Shown: positions 37,889 to 44,767 of the stretch, piece after piece
Position numbering within the stretch: the first letter of the stretch is position 1
Layout of the letters: every line of letters starts with the position of its first letter
IMG/VR virus record: IMGVR_UViG_3300005537_000315
Span: 1 to 57,122 of that record
Reading direction: 5' to 3' (one strand)
DNA length: 57,122 nt
From: a virus
Lineage: Duplodnaviria; Caudoviricetes
Notes under the pieces: generated by a model
Told to the model about the DNA's origin: nothing
The model's input: the letters and a program-made list of their open reading frames with translations, nothing else
Database searches by the model: none
Made by a program: the position numbers and the translations under genes

Positions 37889-38209
37889 TTGGTTGTCCAG
37901 ATGTTCGCGAAGGTCCGATCCCTTCGAGGAAGTTCAGGACACGAGTCAACACCGTGCCGTGGAAGTTGCGGGACGCGTAAGCGTACGGGTAAGCCTCGGT
38001 AGTGGACTGGGTAACGCACTCGAAAGAGTCGAGCACCAGCACCACTCATTGGAGCCGAGACAATCCACACGAGTGCAACTGCAAATAGGCGCAGAGGACT
38101 TTGTTGGCGTTCAGTGACAGCGCGGGTAGCAGGCTTCGCCTTCGGGCGACTAGAGAGGAATGAACGTCACCGCGTAAGCGGAAACAGAATCCTGGCTACG
38201 GACGACCAA
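37889..38209 (+). ncRNA. rnpB: RNase P RNA (bacterial type)
   Basis: P1 GGTTGTCC/GGACGACC, P2 ATGTTC/GAACGT, P3 GAAGG/CCTTC. CR-I GAGGAAGTTCAGGA pairs with CR-V ACAGAATCCTGGCTA to form P4 with a bulged U. Also GTGCAACTGCAAATAGG and AGAGGAATGA. Confidence 0.9.
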
Positions 38210-38210
38210 A

Positions 38211-38582
38211 GTGATGGGCAAGAAAGAAGATCAAGCTAAGTGGTATAGAAACCACCGAGAAAAGCACATGGAAAACTGTGCTGCTCGAAAAGCAGAACAG
38301 ATTGTTCGAAATCAGCAAATGATTATCGACTATTTGTTGCAGCATCCTTGCCTCGATTGTGGTGAAACAGATATAATGGTTCTTCAATTTGACCACGTTC
38401 GCGGAGAGAAGAGAGACGACATGAGTCGTTTGCTTTCGTTCTCAGAGAAAACGGTTCGTGAAGAAATTGAGAAATGTGAAGTACGTTGTGCTAATTGTCA
38501 TCAAAGAAAGACGGCAGAACGAAAACAAAGCTATAAGGTTCTATGGGTCGCAGGTGTTAGCGGCAACATTCCTCCCTCTTAA
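38211..38582 (+). CDS. HNH endonuclease
   Basis: HPCLDCGE...LQFDHVRG...EEIEKCEVRCANCH. Confidence 0.9.
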   Translation: MMGKKEDQAKWYRNHREKHMENCAARKAEQIVRNQQMIIDYLLQHPCLDCGETDIMVLQFDHVRGEKRDDMSRLLSFSEKTVREEIEKCEVRCANCHQRKTAERKQSYKVLWVAGVSGNIPPS

Positions 38583-38620
38583 GGAGCGAGTTCCGAGTTC
38601 AAGTCTCGGGCAACCCACCA
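38545..38620 (+). tRNA. tRNA-Lys(CTT)
   Basis: Cloverleaf, atypical positions 8-9, overlapped by HNH. Confidence 0.82.
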
Positions 38621-38623
38621 AGT

Positions 38624-38672
38624 TTTGTCAACTTATAGGTTGACGTTTGACAACTGTTTGTCAACTTATAAG
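38624..38672. repeat. TTTGTCAACTTATA direct/inverted mini-repeat spacer
   Basis: Two direct copies plus inverted GTTGAC and TTGACAA. Confidence 0.75.
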
Positions 38673-38680
38673 TGTACAGT

Positions 38681-38755
38681 GGGCTGCGGATGCGAGCGGC
38701 AGCAATGGGGCCTTTTAAGCCCAATGTCCGAGTTCGAGCCTCGGGCGGCCCACCA
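38681..38755 (+). tRNA. tRNA-Lys(TTT)
   Basis: Cloverleaf, atypical D region. Confidence 0.82.
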
Positions 38756-38763
38756 AAAGTTTT

Positions 38764-38839
38764 AGCCGACTAGCAAACTGGTCGTATGCGCCTCTCCTAC
38801 AAAGAGGTGGGCACGGTTCGATTCCGTGGTTGGCTACCA
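38764..38839 (+). tRNA. tRNA-Val(TAC)
   Basis: Cloverleaf, C at position 33. Confidence 0.88.
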
Positions 38840-38929
38840 AGTTCTGTGGGAAGAGTGACGGGATGTCCCAGATCGTATGCTGGGGTGCTGCCCCGTAATG
38901 GGTAACCATCCCCCGTCTTCTCAGCCTTT

Positions 38930-39019
38930 AGTCGGTAGCATGGGTATGCAGCGCGGCCTTATAAACCGCGAGCACCCGATTAGTGCGCCGAGTCGGTTCG
39001 AGTCCGACACCGACTACCA
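38930..39019 (+). tRNA. non-canonical tRNA with TAT anticodon (Ile?) and long V arm
   Basis: AGTCGGT/ACCGACT acceptor, tiny D arm, CTTATAA loop, GCAC/GTGC V arm, CCA. Confidence 0.75.
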
Positions 39020-39026
39020 AGTTTGT

Positions 39027-39100
39027 GGGGTTATCGTTTAGTGGCAGGACGCTCGGTTCTCAGCCGAATAGCCGGGGTTCGAATCCCCGTAGCCCTACCA
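39027..39100 (+). tRNA. tRNA-Glu(CTC)
   Basis: Cloverleaf, CCA. Confidence 0.9.
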
Positions 39101-39109
39101 AGTTTCAGC

Positions 39110-39185
39110 GGAGTTATCAGCTAGCGGCCTAGGCTGCCACCCTTTCAAGGTGGTCACATCGGTTCGAATCCGATTAGCTCTGCCA
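39110..39185 (+). tRNA. tRNA-Glu(TTC)
   Basis: Cloverleaf, CCA. Confidence 0.92.
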
Positions 39186-39200
39186 ATTTTAGGAGTGAAC

Positions 39201-39296
39201 ATGAGCGGACAGCTTGCAGTTATTTTCGGAGCGATTGCCGCAGCGGTGGCACTCGTGGTATACTTGCTGAACAAGTACGTGACGAAGAGCAAGTAA
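39201..39296 (+). CDS. small single-pass membrane peptide
   Basis: AGGAG RBS, MSGQLAVIFGAIAAAVALVVYLLNKYVTKSK. Confidence 0.55.
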   Translation: MSGQLAVIFGAIAAAVALVVYLLNKYVTKSK

Positions 39297-39452
39297 TGAG
39301 TTTTCAAGATTGGTTAGAGAAGCATCCGAAGATTCAAAACGTTGTTGAGTTTTTTGTTTTCATCGCGGAAGTGACCGCGTCGCCGTTCATCGACTTGTAT
39401 AATCGAGTCGCCGTGAAGTTCGGCTGGAAGGTCTATCAGTAAAAGTTTTCGT

Positions 39453-39528
39453 GGGCAGTTAGTAGCAACTGGGAAAACGCCTCGCTTGCACCGAGGAGTT
39501 GAGGGTTCGAATCCGTCACCGTCCACCA
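39453..39528 (+). tRNA. tRNA-Ala(TGC)
   Basis: Cloverleaf with G3:U70. Confidence 0.92.
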
Positions 39529-39538
39529 AATTTTATGT

Positions 39539-39612
39539 AGTCGGTTCGTTCAACGGTAGGACCGTTGCCTGATTAGCGACTGATGAGGGTTCGATTCCTT
39601 CACCGACTACCA
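39539..39612 (+). tRNA. tRNA-Ile(GAT)
   Basis: Cloverleaf, U at position 37. Confidence 0.88.
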
Positions 39613-39629
39613 AGTTTTTAGGAGAAGAG

Positions 39630-39830
39630 ATGGCCGCAAATTCAAACATTCCAGCAGTGAACGCAAAGAATCTTGCGCTGTCAAACGATACGGCGCTGGA
39701 TGTGAAAGCGATTGAATTGGAAGATACGGAGATCGTGAAGGCATTGGTGGCTAACCCGAATCGCCCTGACGCTGGAAAGCTGAACGCAAGACGCGGCTCG
39801 ATAGCAACGGCCAAAAAGAATCACGAATAA
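39630..39830 (+). CDS. hypothetical protein
   Basis: AGGAG RBS. Confidence 0.6.
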   Translation: MAANSNIPAVNAKNLALSNDTALDVKAIELEDTEIVKALVANPNRPDAGKLNARRGSIATAKKNHE

Positions 39831-39843
39831 GAAAGATTTTAAT

Positions 39844-39921
39844 TGCGGGTTAGCACTTCTGGTGAAGTCACCTGTCTCATAAGCAGGTCTAGGCTGGGTT
39901 CGATTCCCGCATCCGCAACCA
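39844..39921 (+). tRNA. tRNA-Met(CAT)
   Basis: Cloverleaf, CTCATAA loop. Initiator, elongator or Ile2 identity is unresolved. Confidence 0.85.
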
Positions 39922-40096
39922 TCTTGACACATCGGTTTCGCTGGTGAGACGCTAAGGTCGTCGACGACCAAGCTGGCGAGACTTTATCGGTTGAAGCGCG
40001 GGTTGCTTATAACAATCTGGGCATTCATAGCCTGACCAGCCCTCATTGAAAAGGCGTTCGGTTCGAAACGTTTTCCTTGGGGAATACAGTTTTTGA

Positions 40097-40170
40097 GCGG
40101 GTGTGGTGTAACGGTAGCACCTCATTATTCCAAGTTGAGTGTCGGGGTTCGAGTCCCCGTACCCGCTCCA
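40097..40170 (+). tRNA. tRNA-Gly(TCC)
   Basis: GCGGG acceptor, U73, weak anticodon stem. Confidence 0.85.
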
Positions 40171-40257
40171 AGTTCGAACGCACACGTTCCTTGCCGTCGT
40201 ACGGCGGTTGTGTGGTAACCAGTTGAAGAGGACGATAACACTGGTGTAAATTTCTGA

Positions 40258-40331
40258 GCGAGTTTGGCGTAGTGGTAGCGTGGAACCTTGCCAAGGTTCA
40301 GGCGCGGTTTCGATTACCGCAATTCGCTCCA
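40258..40331 (+). tRNA. tRNA-Gly(GCC)
   Basis: Cloverleaf, CCA. Confidence 0.92.
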
Positions 40332-40339
40332 AGTTTTGA

Positions 40340-40415
40340 GCATGGTTCGTCTAGCGGTTTAGGACATCCGGCTTGTACCCGGAGAACGTAAGTTCGAATC
40401 TTACACTTTGCTCCA
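40340..40415 (+). tRNA. tRNA-Thr(TGT)
   Basis: Cloverleaf, CCA. Confidence 0.9.
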
Positions 40416-40423
40416 AGGTTTAT

Positions 40424-40672
40424 ATGCCCAACGAATTTCTTTACTCCATAGCCCATAAGGCTCGTAAAGGCCCAAAGATAACGATGGGCAAAGGCATGCA
40501 GAGAGTTGAAACGCCTGACCCGATGCGCGGCGTGACTGATCCAGCGAAGTTGTTGAAGTCGGACACCCAGCGCATAGATAGGAACGTCGGCACTCCTGAT
40601 TTGATGTGGCAGAGGTCTCCCGCGACAGGGTCTTCGTCCGATGCAGCGGGACTGGAAATAAAAAAGATTTGA
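40424..40672 (+). CDS. hypothetical protein
   Basis: ORF exactly fills the gap between two tRNAs. Confidence 0.55.
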   Translation: MPNEFLYSIAHKARKGPKITMGKGMQRVETPDPMRGVTDPAKLLKSDTQRIDRNVGTPDLMWQRSPATGSSSDAAGLEIKKI

Positions 40673-40746
40673 GCACTGTTGATCTAATGGCATGATGCGG
40701 CCCTCGTAGCGCCGACGCCGTGGTTCGATTCCACGACGGTGCTCCA
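40673..40746 (+). tRNA. tRNA-Thr(CGT)
   Basis: Cloverleaf, CCA. Confidence 0.88.
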
Positions 40747-40753
40747 AGTTTGA

Positions 40754-40827
40754 GCAGGGATGATGTAATGGTAGCCTAGTTCCTTGGTAAGGAACCTGTC
40801 CGGGTTCGAGTCCCGGTTTCTGCTCCA
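40754..40827 (+). tRNA. tRNA-Thr(GGT)
   Basis: Cloverleaf, CCA. Confidence 0.9.
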
Positions 40828-40835
40828 AATTTTAC

Positions 40836-40923
40836 GGAGAGGTTCGGTAGCGGCAAACTAGGCAGGCTGTAACCCTGCCGTCCCTTGCGGACTTCCAAGG
40901 TTCGAGTCCTTGTCTCTCCACCA
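40836..40923 (+). tRNA. tRNA-Tyr(GTA)
   Basis: Cloverleaf with V arm. Confidence 0.92.
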
Positions 40924-41061
40924 GTTTCTACGGGGGTGTGTGAGTAGCTCTCACATCCGTAGCGAGCAGAGTGCGACGCGATCTCGGCAGAGATCGAACG
41001 GCACGTAACGATCTGACTGCACGATGCGGATTGCTGCATCCCCACCGATTTAGTTTTCTGT

Positions 41062-41136
41062 TGTAGGTTCGTCTAACGGTAAGACGGGGCACTGTTAATG
41101 CCTACGATGAAGGTTCGAATCCTTTGCCTACAGCCA
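41062..41136 (+). tRNA. tRNA-Asn(GTT)
   Basis: Cloverleaf, G73. Confidence 0.92.
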
Positions 41137-41145
41137 ATTTTCTTT

Positions 41146-41220
41146 TCACGATTAGCTCCAACGTAGAGCGGCTCCCTGTTAAGGAGAAGGTTCTTGGTTC
41201 AAGTCCAAGATCGTGAGCCA
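41146..41220 (+). tRNA. tRNA-Asn(GTT), second divergent copy
   Basis: Cloverleaf, G73. Confidence 0.9.
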
Positions 41221-41228
41221 TTTTCAGC

Positions 41229-41304
41229 AGGGAAGTCGTATAGCGGCCATTACGTACGTCTCCAAAACGTTAAGACGGGAGTTCGAGTCTCTCCTCCCCT
41301 GCCA
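41229..41304 (+). tRNA. tRNA-Trp(CCA)
   Basis: Cloverleaf, G73. Confidence 0.9.
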
Positions 41305-41306
41305 TT

Positions 41307-41370
41307 TTGAACGTTCAATTGGGTGGGCGACGCCGACACGTCGCCCCTCGCCTTGTCGGAGGCCGAGATG
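41307..41370 (+). promoter_or_regulatory. kissing-loop leader of HNH gene (copy 2)
   Basis: Loops CCGACA/TGTCGG. Confidence 0.8.
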
Positions 41371-41793
41371 AACCTGTGTCAAGTAGAAGGCTGCAATAGA
41401 GAAGTTGGTTTTCATTTAAGAAAGACCTGCTCCCAAGAGCACAAGGCCCTATACAGGCAGCAATTTGACCGTGGGCGATATGCTCGGCTGAGAGATAAAG
41501 TCTTAGAACACTACGGCAAAAAGTGCGTTTGTTGCGGTGAGACTAGAAAAGAATTTTTGGCTCTCGATCATAAAAATGGTGAAGGTCAAAAACATAGAAG
41601 AGAGTTAGGTGGCGGTGCCTTTAGAATGTATCGATGGGCGGTCAGAAACGGCTATCCTGATACATTTCAAATTCTTTGCCATAATTGTAATATGGCACTT
41701 GGATGTTGTGGCTATTGTCCGCATCAAAAAGAAAAGACCGAACAGAGGGCTTCTACAGAAGGCGGTCATTCGGACGGTAGTGCTCTGAACTGA
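41368..41793 (+). CDS. HNH endonuclease
   Basis: CVCCGETRKEFLALDHKNGEG...LCHNCNMALG..GYCPH. Confidence 0.9.
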   Translation: MNLCQVEGCNREVGFHLRKTCSQEHKALYRQQFDRGRYARLRDKVLEHYGKKCVCCGETRKEFLALDHKNGEGQKHRRELGGGAFRMYRWAVRNGYPDTFQILCHNCNMALGCCGYCPHQKEKTEQRASTEGGHSDGSALN

Positions 41794-41814
41794 GCCGTTC
41801 GTAAAGGTGCCCTT

Positions 41815-42651
41815 ATGAGACGTGTGCTGTCTGTGCTTTTAGCGATGGTTCTTTCTGTTGCGCCTGCGTTTGCAAACGTCAAAGATTTGAAAGGCTTTGA
41901 CAAGAAGGTTTACGACGGCGCTCTTGCGTTGTACGCGAGTTCGCACGACCTGGGCATTCGTGATCGTTTTATTTGCACGGTTCAAGTCATCAGTAAAGCT
42001 GGCGACCGAGGCTACTATTTGTTGGGCGCAGGACATTGCACCCCGGCGAATCCCGATTTGCCGAAAGACATGGAGTTCTCAGTCGCCGAAGATATCAACG
42101 GGTCGTTAACTCCCGTGACGTTGCTTCAATCAGCGATGAACGAACCGCTTGATTACGCTGAGTATTATTTGCGCACCGACAAGAAGTATCCAGTCACGCC
42201 GCTCGGAGACGAGGGCGATGCTCGCATCGGCGACCAAACGATTGACGTCAACTTCAGTCTTGCTCTAGGCAAGTTCGCAAGTAACGGTCGCGTCTCTTCT
42301 AAAGTAGCTCAAAGCGGAGAGATGAAAGGGTTTTTCGGCGTCGACGAATTCGATTCTCATGGCGCATCTGGAAGTTCGGTTGTCGACAAGCGCACGAAGA
42401 AAGTCATCGGTATCGTGATCGCTGGTGTGGATGGCGCTACGGTTTCTACCTGGGTCGAGCCGATATCAGTGATTAAGAAAGAGCTAGCAAGGGTGACCTT
42501 GCCTCGTTCAACAAAACCGTACGTTCGTTCGAAGTCCCCAGTATCCGTGCCTAGTGTGGACGACAGCATGCCTAAGCTGCCAGTGGGTACGCCAGAAACG
42601 GCCCCTGCTATCGGCGTGGTGGCTGATCAAAACAAGCACTATGATGAGTGA
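41815..42651 (+). CDS. secreted trypsin-like serine protease
   Basis: Signal peptide ending APAFA, catalytic GAGHC, DYA, HGASGSSV. Confidence 0.82.
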   Translation: MRRVLSVLLAMVLSVAPAFANVKDLKGFDKKVYDGALALYASSHDLGIRDRFICTVQVISKAGDRGYYLLGAGHCTPANPDLPKDMEFSVAEDINGSLTPVTLLQSAMNEPLDYAEYYLRTDKKYPVTPLGDEGDARIGDQTIDVNFSLALGKFASNGRVSSKVAQSGEMKGFFGVDEFDSHGASGSSVVDKRTKKVIGIVIAGVDGATVSTWVEPISVIKKELARVTLPRSTKPYVRSKSPVSVPSVDDSMPKLPVGTPETAPAIGVVADQNKHYDE

Positions 42652-42835
42652 TTATCGTGAGATGAGAAAGTGGCGCAGGCTAGCGATTGCGTCCTTCTTA
42701 GCGTTCTTGTTTACTGGCTTGGTCAGCATGTGGCAGAATCATGTGATTCAAGTTCAACGCAAACAGATATTCGAACTTTGGGACGCGTATCAAAGTGTTG
42801 CGCACGGTTGTGGCGACAAGAATTTTGTTCTATAA
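42644..42835 (+). CDS. small membrane protein
   Basis: Hydrophobic segment LAIASFLAFLFTGLV, start approximate. Confidence 0.5.
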   Translation: MSDYREMRKWRRLAIASFLAFLFTGLVSMWQNHVIQVQRKQIFELWDAYQSVAHGCGDKNFVL

Positions 42836-42839
42836 TTTT

Positions 42840-42926
42840 GGATCAGTGGCGAAATTGGTAGACGCAATAGTTTGCTAAACTATCAACCGAAAGGTTGTGG
42901 GGGTTCGAGTCCCTCCTGATCCGCCA
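42840..42926 (+). tRNA. tRNA-Ser(GCT)
   Basis: Cloverleaf with V arm. Confidence 0.92.
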
Positions 42927-42930
42927 GTTT

Positions 42931-43021
42931 GGAGAGCAGCACTGAATGGTCGGTACTCGTCTCGAAAACGATGACGCGTTCGAAAGGGCGCGACAGAGTT
43001 CGATTCTCTGGCTCTCCTCCA
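42931..43021 (+). tRNA. tRNA-Ser(CGA)
   Basis: Cloverleaf with long V arm, atypical D region. Confidence 0.85.
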
Positions 43022-43032
43022 GTTTTGTGTTA

Positions 43033-43123
43033 GGAAGGCGGCGAGCGATGGCGTTCATCCGTCTTGAAAACGGCGACACGTTCGAGAGGGCGTGACTCGG
43101 TTCGATTCCGGGGCCTTCCTCCA
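43033..43123 (+). tRNA. tRNA-Ser(TGA)
   Basis: Cloverleaf with long V arm, atypical D region. Confidence 0.85.
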
Positions 43124-43124
43124 T

Positions 43125-43198
43125 CCTCGCTTGGTGTAGTGGTTGCACTCCTGTTTGAAACACATGAAGTCGTGGTTCGATTCCACGGGCGAGGGCCA
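43125..43198 (+). tRNA. tRNA-Phe(GAA)
   Basis: Cloverleaf, CCA. Confidence 0.88.
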
Positions 43199-43206
43199 TT
43201 TTCTGA

Positions 43207-43270
43207 ACCGTCGATAATCGTCATTAAGGACAACGCGAAAGTGCACGGTGCAACTCCGTCGATGGCTCCA
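43207..43270 (+). ncRNA. 64-nt D-armless tRNA-like RNA
   Basis: CCGTCG/CGATGG acceptor, ACGG-TGCAACT-CCGT T arm, TCCA end. Confidence 0.55.
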
Positions 43271-43279
43271 ATTTTCTGT

Positions 43280-43355
43280 TGGAAGATAGTGTAATTGGTA
43301 GCACGGCTGACTTTGAATCAGTCAGGTGAAAGTTCGAGTCCTTCTCCTCCAACCA
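43280..43355 (+). tRNA. tRNA-Gln(TTG)
   Basis: Cloverleaf, CCA. Confidence 0.9.
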
Positions 43356-43360
43356 AGTTT

Positions 43361-43609
43361 ATGCAGAAATCACATGAAGTAGCAAAGCAATTGTTGCAGT
43401 CATTGAAGAACGTGCCTTGCAAGGATTGCGGAATACAATACCCGCACTACGTGATGGAATTTGATCACCTTATTCCACGCAACGGCAGTCTAACGATTGC
43501 AGCCCTTTCTCAGAAGGTCGGTCTGAAAAAACTTCTTGAATTGGTTTCTCAGTGCGAAGTAGTTTGTGCGAACTGCCACAAAATCCGTACGTATTTTCGT
43601 CGTAAATAA
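43361..43609 (+). CDS. minimal HNH endonuclease
   Basis: PCKDCG..YPHYVMEFDH...CEVVCANCHKIRT. Confidence 0.85.
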   Translation: MQKSHEVAKQLLQSLKNVPCKDCGIQYPHYVMEFDHLIPRNGSLTIAALSQKVGLKKLLELVSQCEVVCANCHKIRTYFRRK

Positions 43610-43714
43610 GTTTTTGCCGCTGATCCGGTAGTCAGTAAGGCTCTGCCTAGGTAACAGCCAGGACTGATGAAAAGTGATCCCTTCGCCCTTGTGGGGGCGG
43701 CAACGTTTTTCTGT

Positions 43715-43789
43715 TGGGATGTCTTTCAATCGGTAGGAAGCGCGGCTCTGAACCGCGTAATAGTGGTTCGAGTCCACTCGCCCCAACCA
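43715..43789 (+). tRNA. tRNA-Gln(CTG)
   Basis: Cloverleaf, CCA. Confidence 0.9.
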
Positions 43790-43806
43790 AAATATTTTGT
43801 TCAACG

Positions 43807-43832
43807 AAACCCCCTCGCAAAGGGGGTTTTGT
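43807..43832 (+). terminator. intrinsic terminator closing the tRNA array
   Basis: AAACCCCCT-CGCAA-AGGGGGTTTT. Confidence 0.85.
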
Positions 43833-43870
43833 GTATTAGACTGTTAGCCGCGTCGCGGCAAGGAAAAAAC

Positions 43871-44215
43871 ATGGCAGCCACTTTACAAGCAATGCTGGGT
43901 CGTCTTCAAGGGACTTCCTGGGCCACCGCGCTAGCGAATAACGTTCAGGCGTTGGACATGATTCAAATCGTCGATCACAGTGGCAACATTCTTGTGAACG
44001 TCGATCAAAACGGCGTGGTCAATAAGCCAGCGTCTAGCCCGACGAACGGAACGCACTATGGCCCGTATTACACCCGTTTGACTAGCTCGGCTTCTCTTGC
44101 AGCGATCTTCGCTGACGCATTCAGTGACTTCGATAATTCCGATATTCTTCAGTTGATCTCTCCTACTGGCGGTTCAATTCTCAAGTGGATTGACAATCAG
44201 GGCGTTTCTCACTAA
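43871..44215 (+). CDS. hypothetical protein, possibly virion-associated
   Basis: AAGGA RBS, MAATLQAMLGRLQ. Confidence 0.7.
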   Translation: MAATLQAMLGRLQGTSWATALANNVQALDMIQIVDHSGNILVNVDQNGVVNKPASSPTNGTHYGPYYTRLTSSASLAAIFADAFSDFDNSDILQLISPTGGSILKWIDNQGVSH

Positions 44216-44314
44216 CTAGTCCTGCGGGGGTTCCATGTGGGAACGTCGCTGTCCGAGATGTGGCGCGACTTTGAGAAAGAAAAACCCTTGGGACGTAGTA
44301 GTGTGCGTATGTAA

Positions 44315-44638
44315 GTGGGTGTGGAAGTGAATAAGGTTAAGAAACTCGAACTCGAAATTCAAAAGCTGAAGGATTTAGTTCTTCAGCTTCAGTCGCAAGT
44401 CATTATGCTGCAAGCACGCGACACGACGATCTTGATGCCACCGATTACGGTGCCACCTATTCAAACAACACCATCGATTCCCGTTCCAACAACGTGGTCG
44501 CCATTTGGCCCGTTTATTGGTGATACTCCGCCAATGTGGCAGGGAACACAGAAGCCAACAATTATCTGTGGTGAGGTGATCTCTGGTAACAGCACCAACA
44601 GTGCCAATAACACCCAGGTTAGTCGTTGCATTAAATAA
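44315..44638 (+). CDS. hypothetical protein (coiled coil plus Pro/Thr-rich tail)
   Basis: ORF track. Confidence 0.55.
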   Translation: MGVEVNKVKKLELEIQKLKDLVLQLQSQVIMLQARDTTILMPPITVPPIQTTPSIPVPTTWSPFGPFIGDTPPMWQGTQKPTIICGEVISGNSTNSANNTQVSRCIK

Positions 44639-44767
44639 AAGTTTCCCCGCGACGCGGGGGATGAATGGTATTGCTAGACGCGAGAGCGTCAATCCAAAGC
44701 GATCCCATAAAAGCGGTCTCCGATTTGTGATCCGAGTCGGATATCGTACACTAAAAGGAAAGCACTC

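Noticed and set aside
40932-41046. tmRNA or SRP RNA
   Set aside because: No T loop, no G3:U70 and no tag ORF. It also lacks the SRP CAGG-GNRA-AGCA motif.
41746-41813. tRNA-Gln remnant or ribozyme at the end of the HNH gene
   Set aside because: AGGGC/GCCCT and GGACGGT/GCCGTTC stems exist, but there is no T arm or CCA and it overlaps coding sequence. Too weak to call.
43660-43701. Hammerhead ribozyme (CTGATGA present)
   Set aside because: No GAAA after a stem II and no matching stem III or cleavage triplet.
35896-43804. Numerous minus-strand ORFs and tRNA-spanning plus-strand ORFs in the ORF track
   Set aside because: They are shadows of tRNA and RNase P genes, with typical antisense-tRNA peptides such as GFEP and RIEL.
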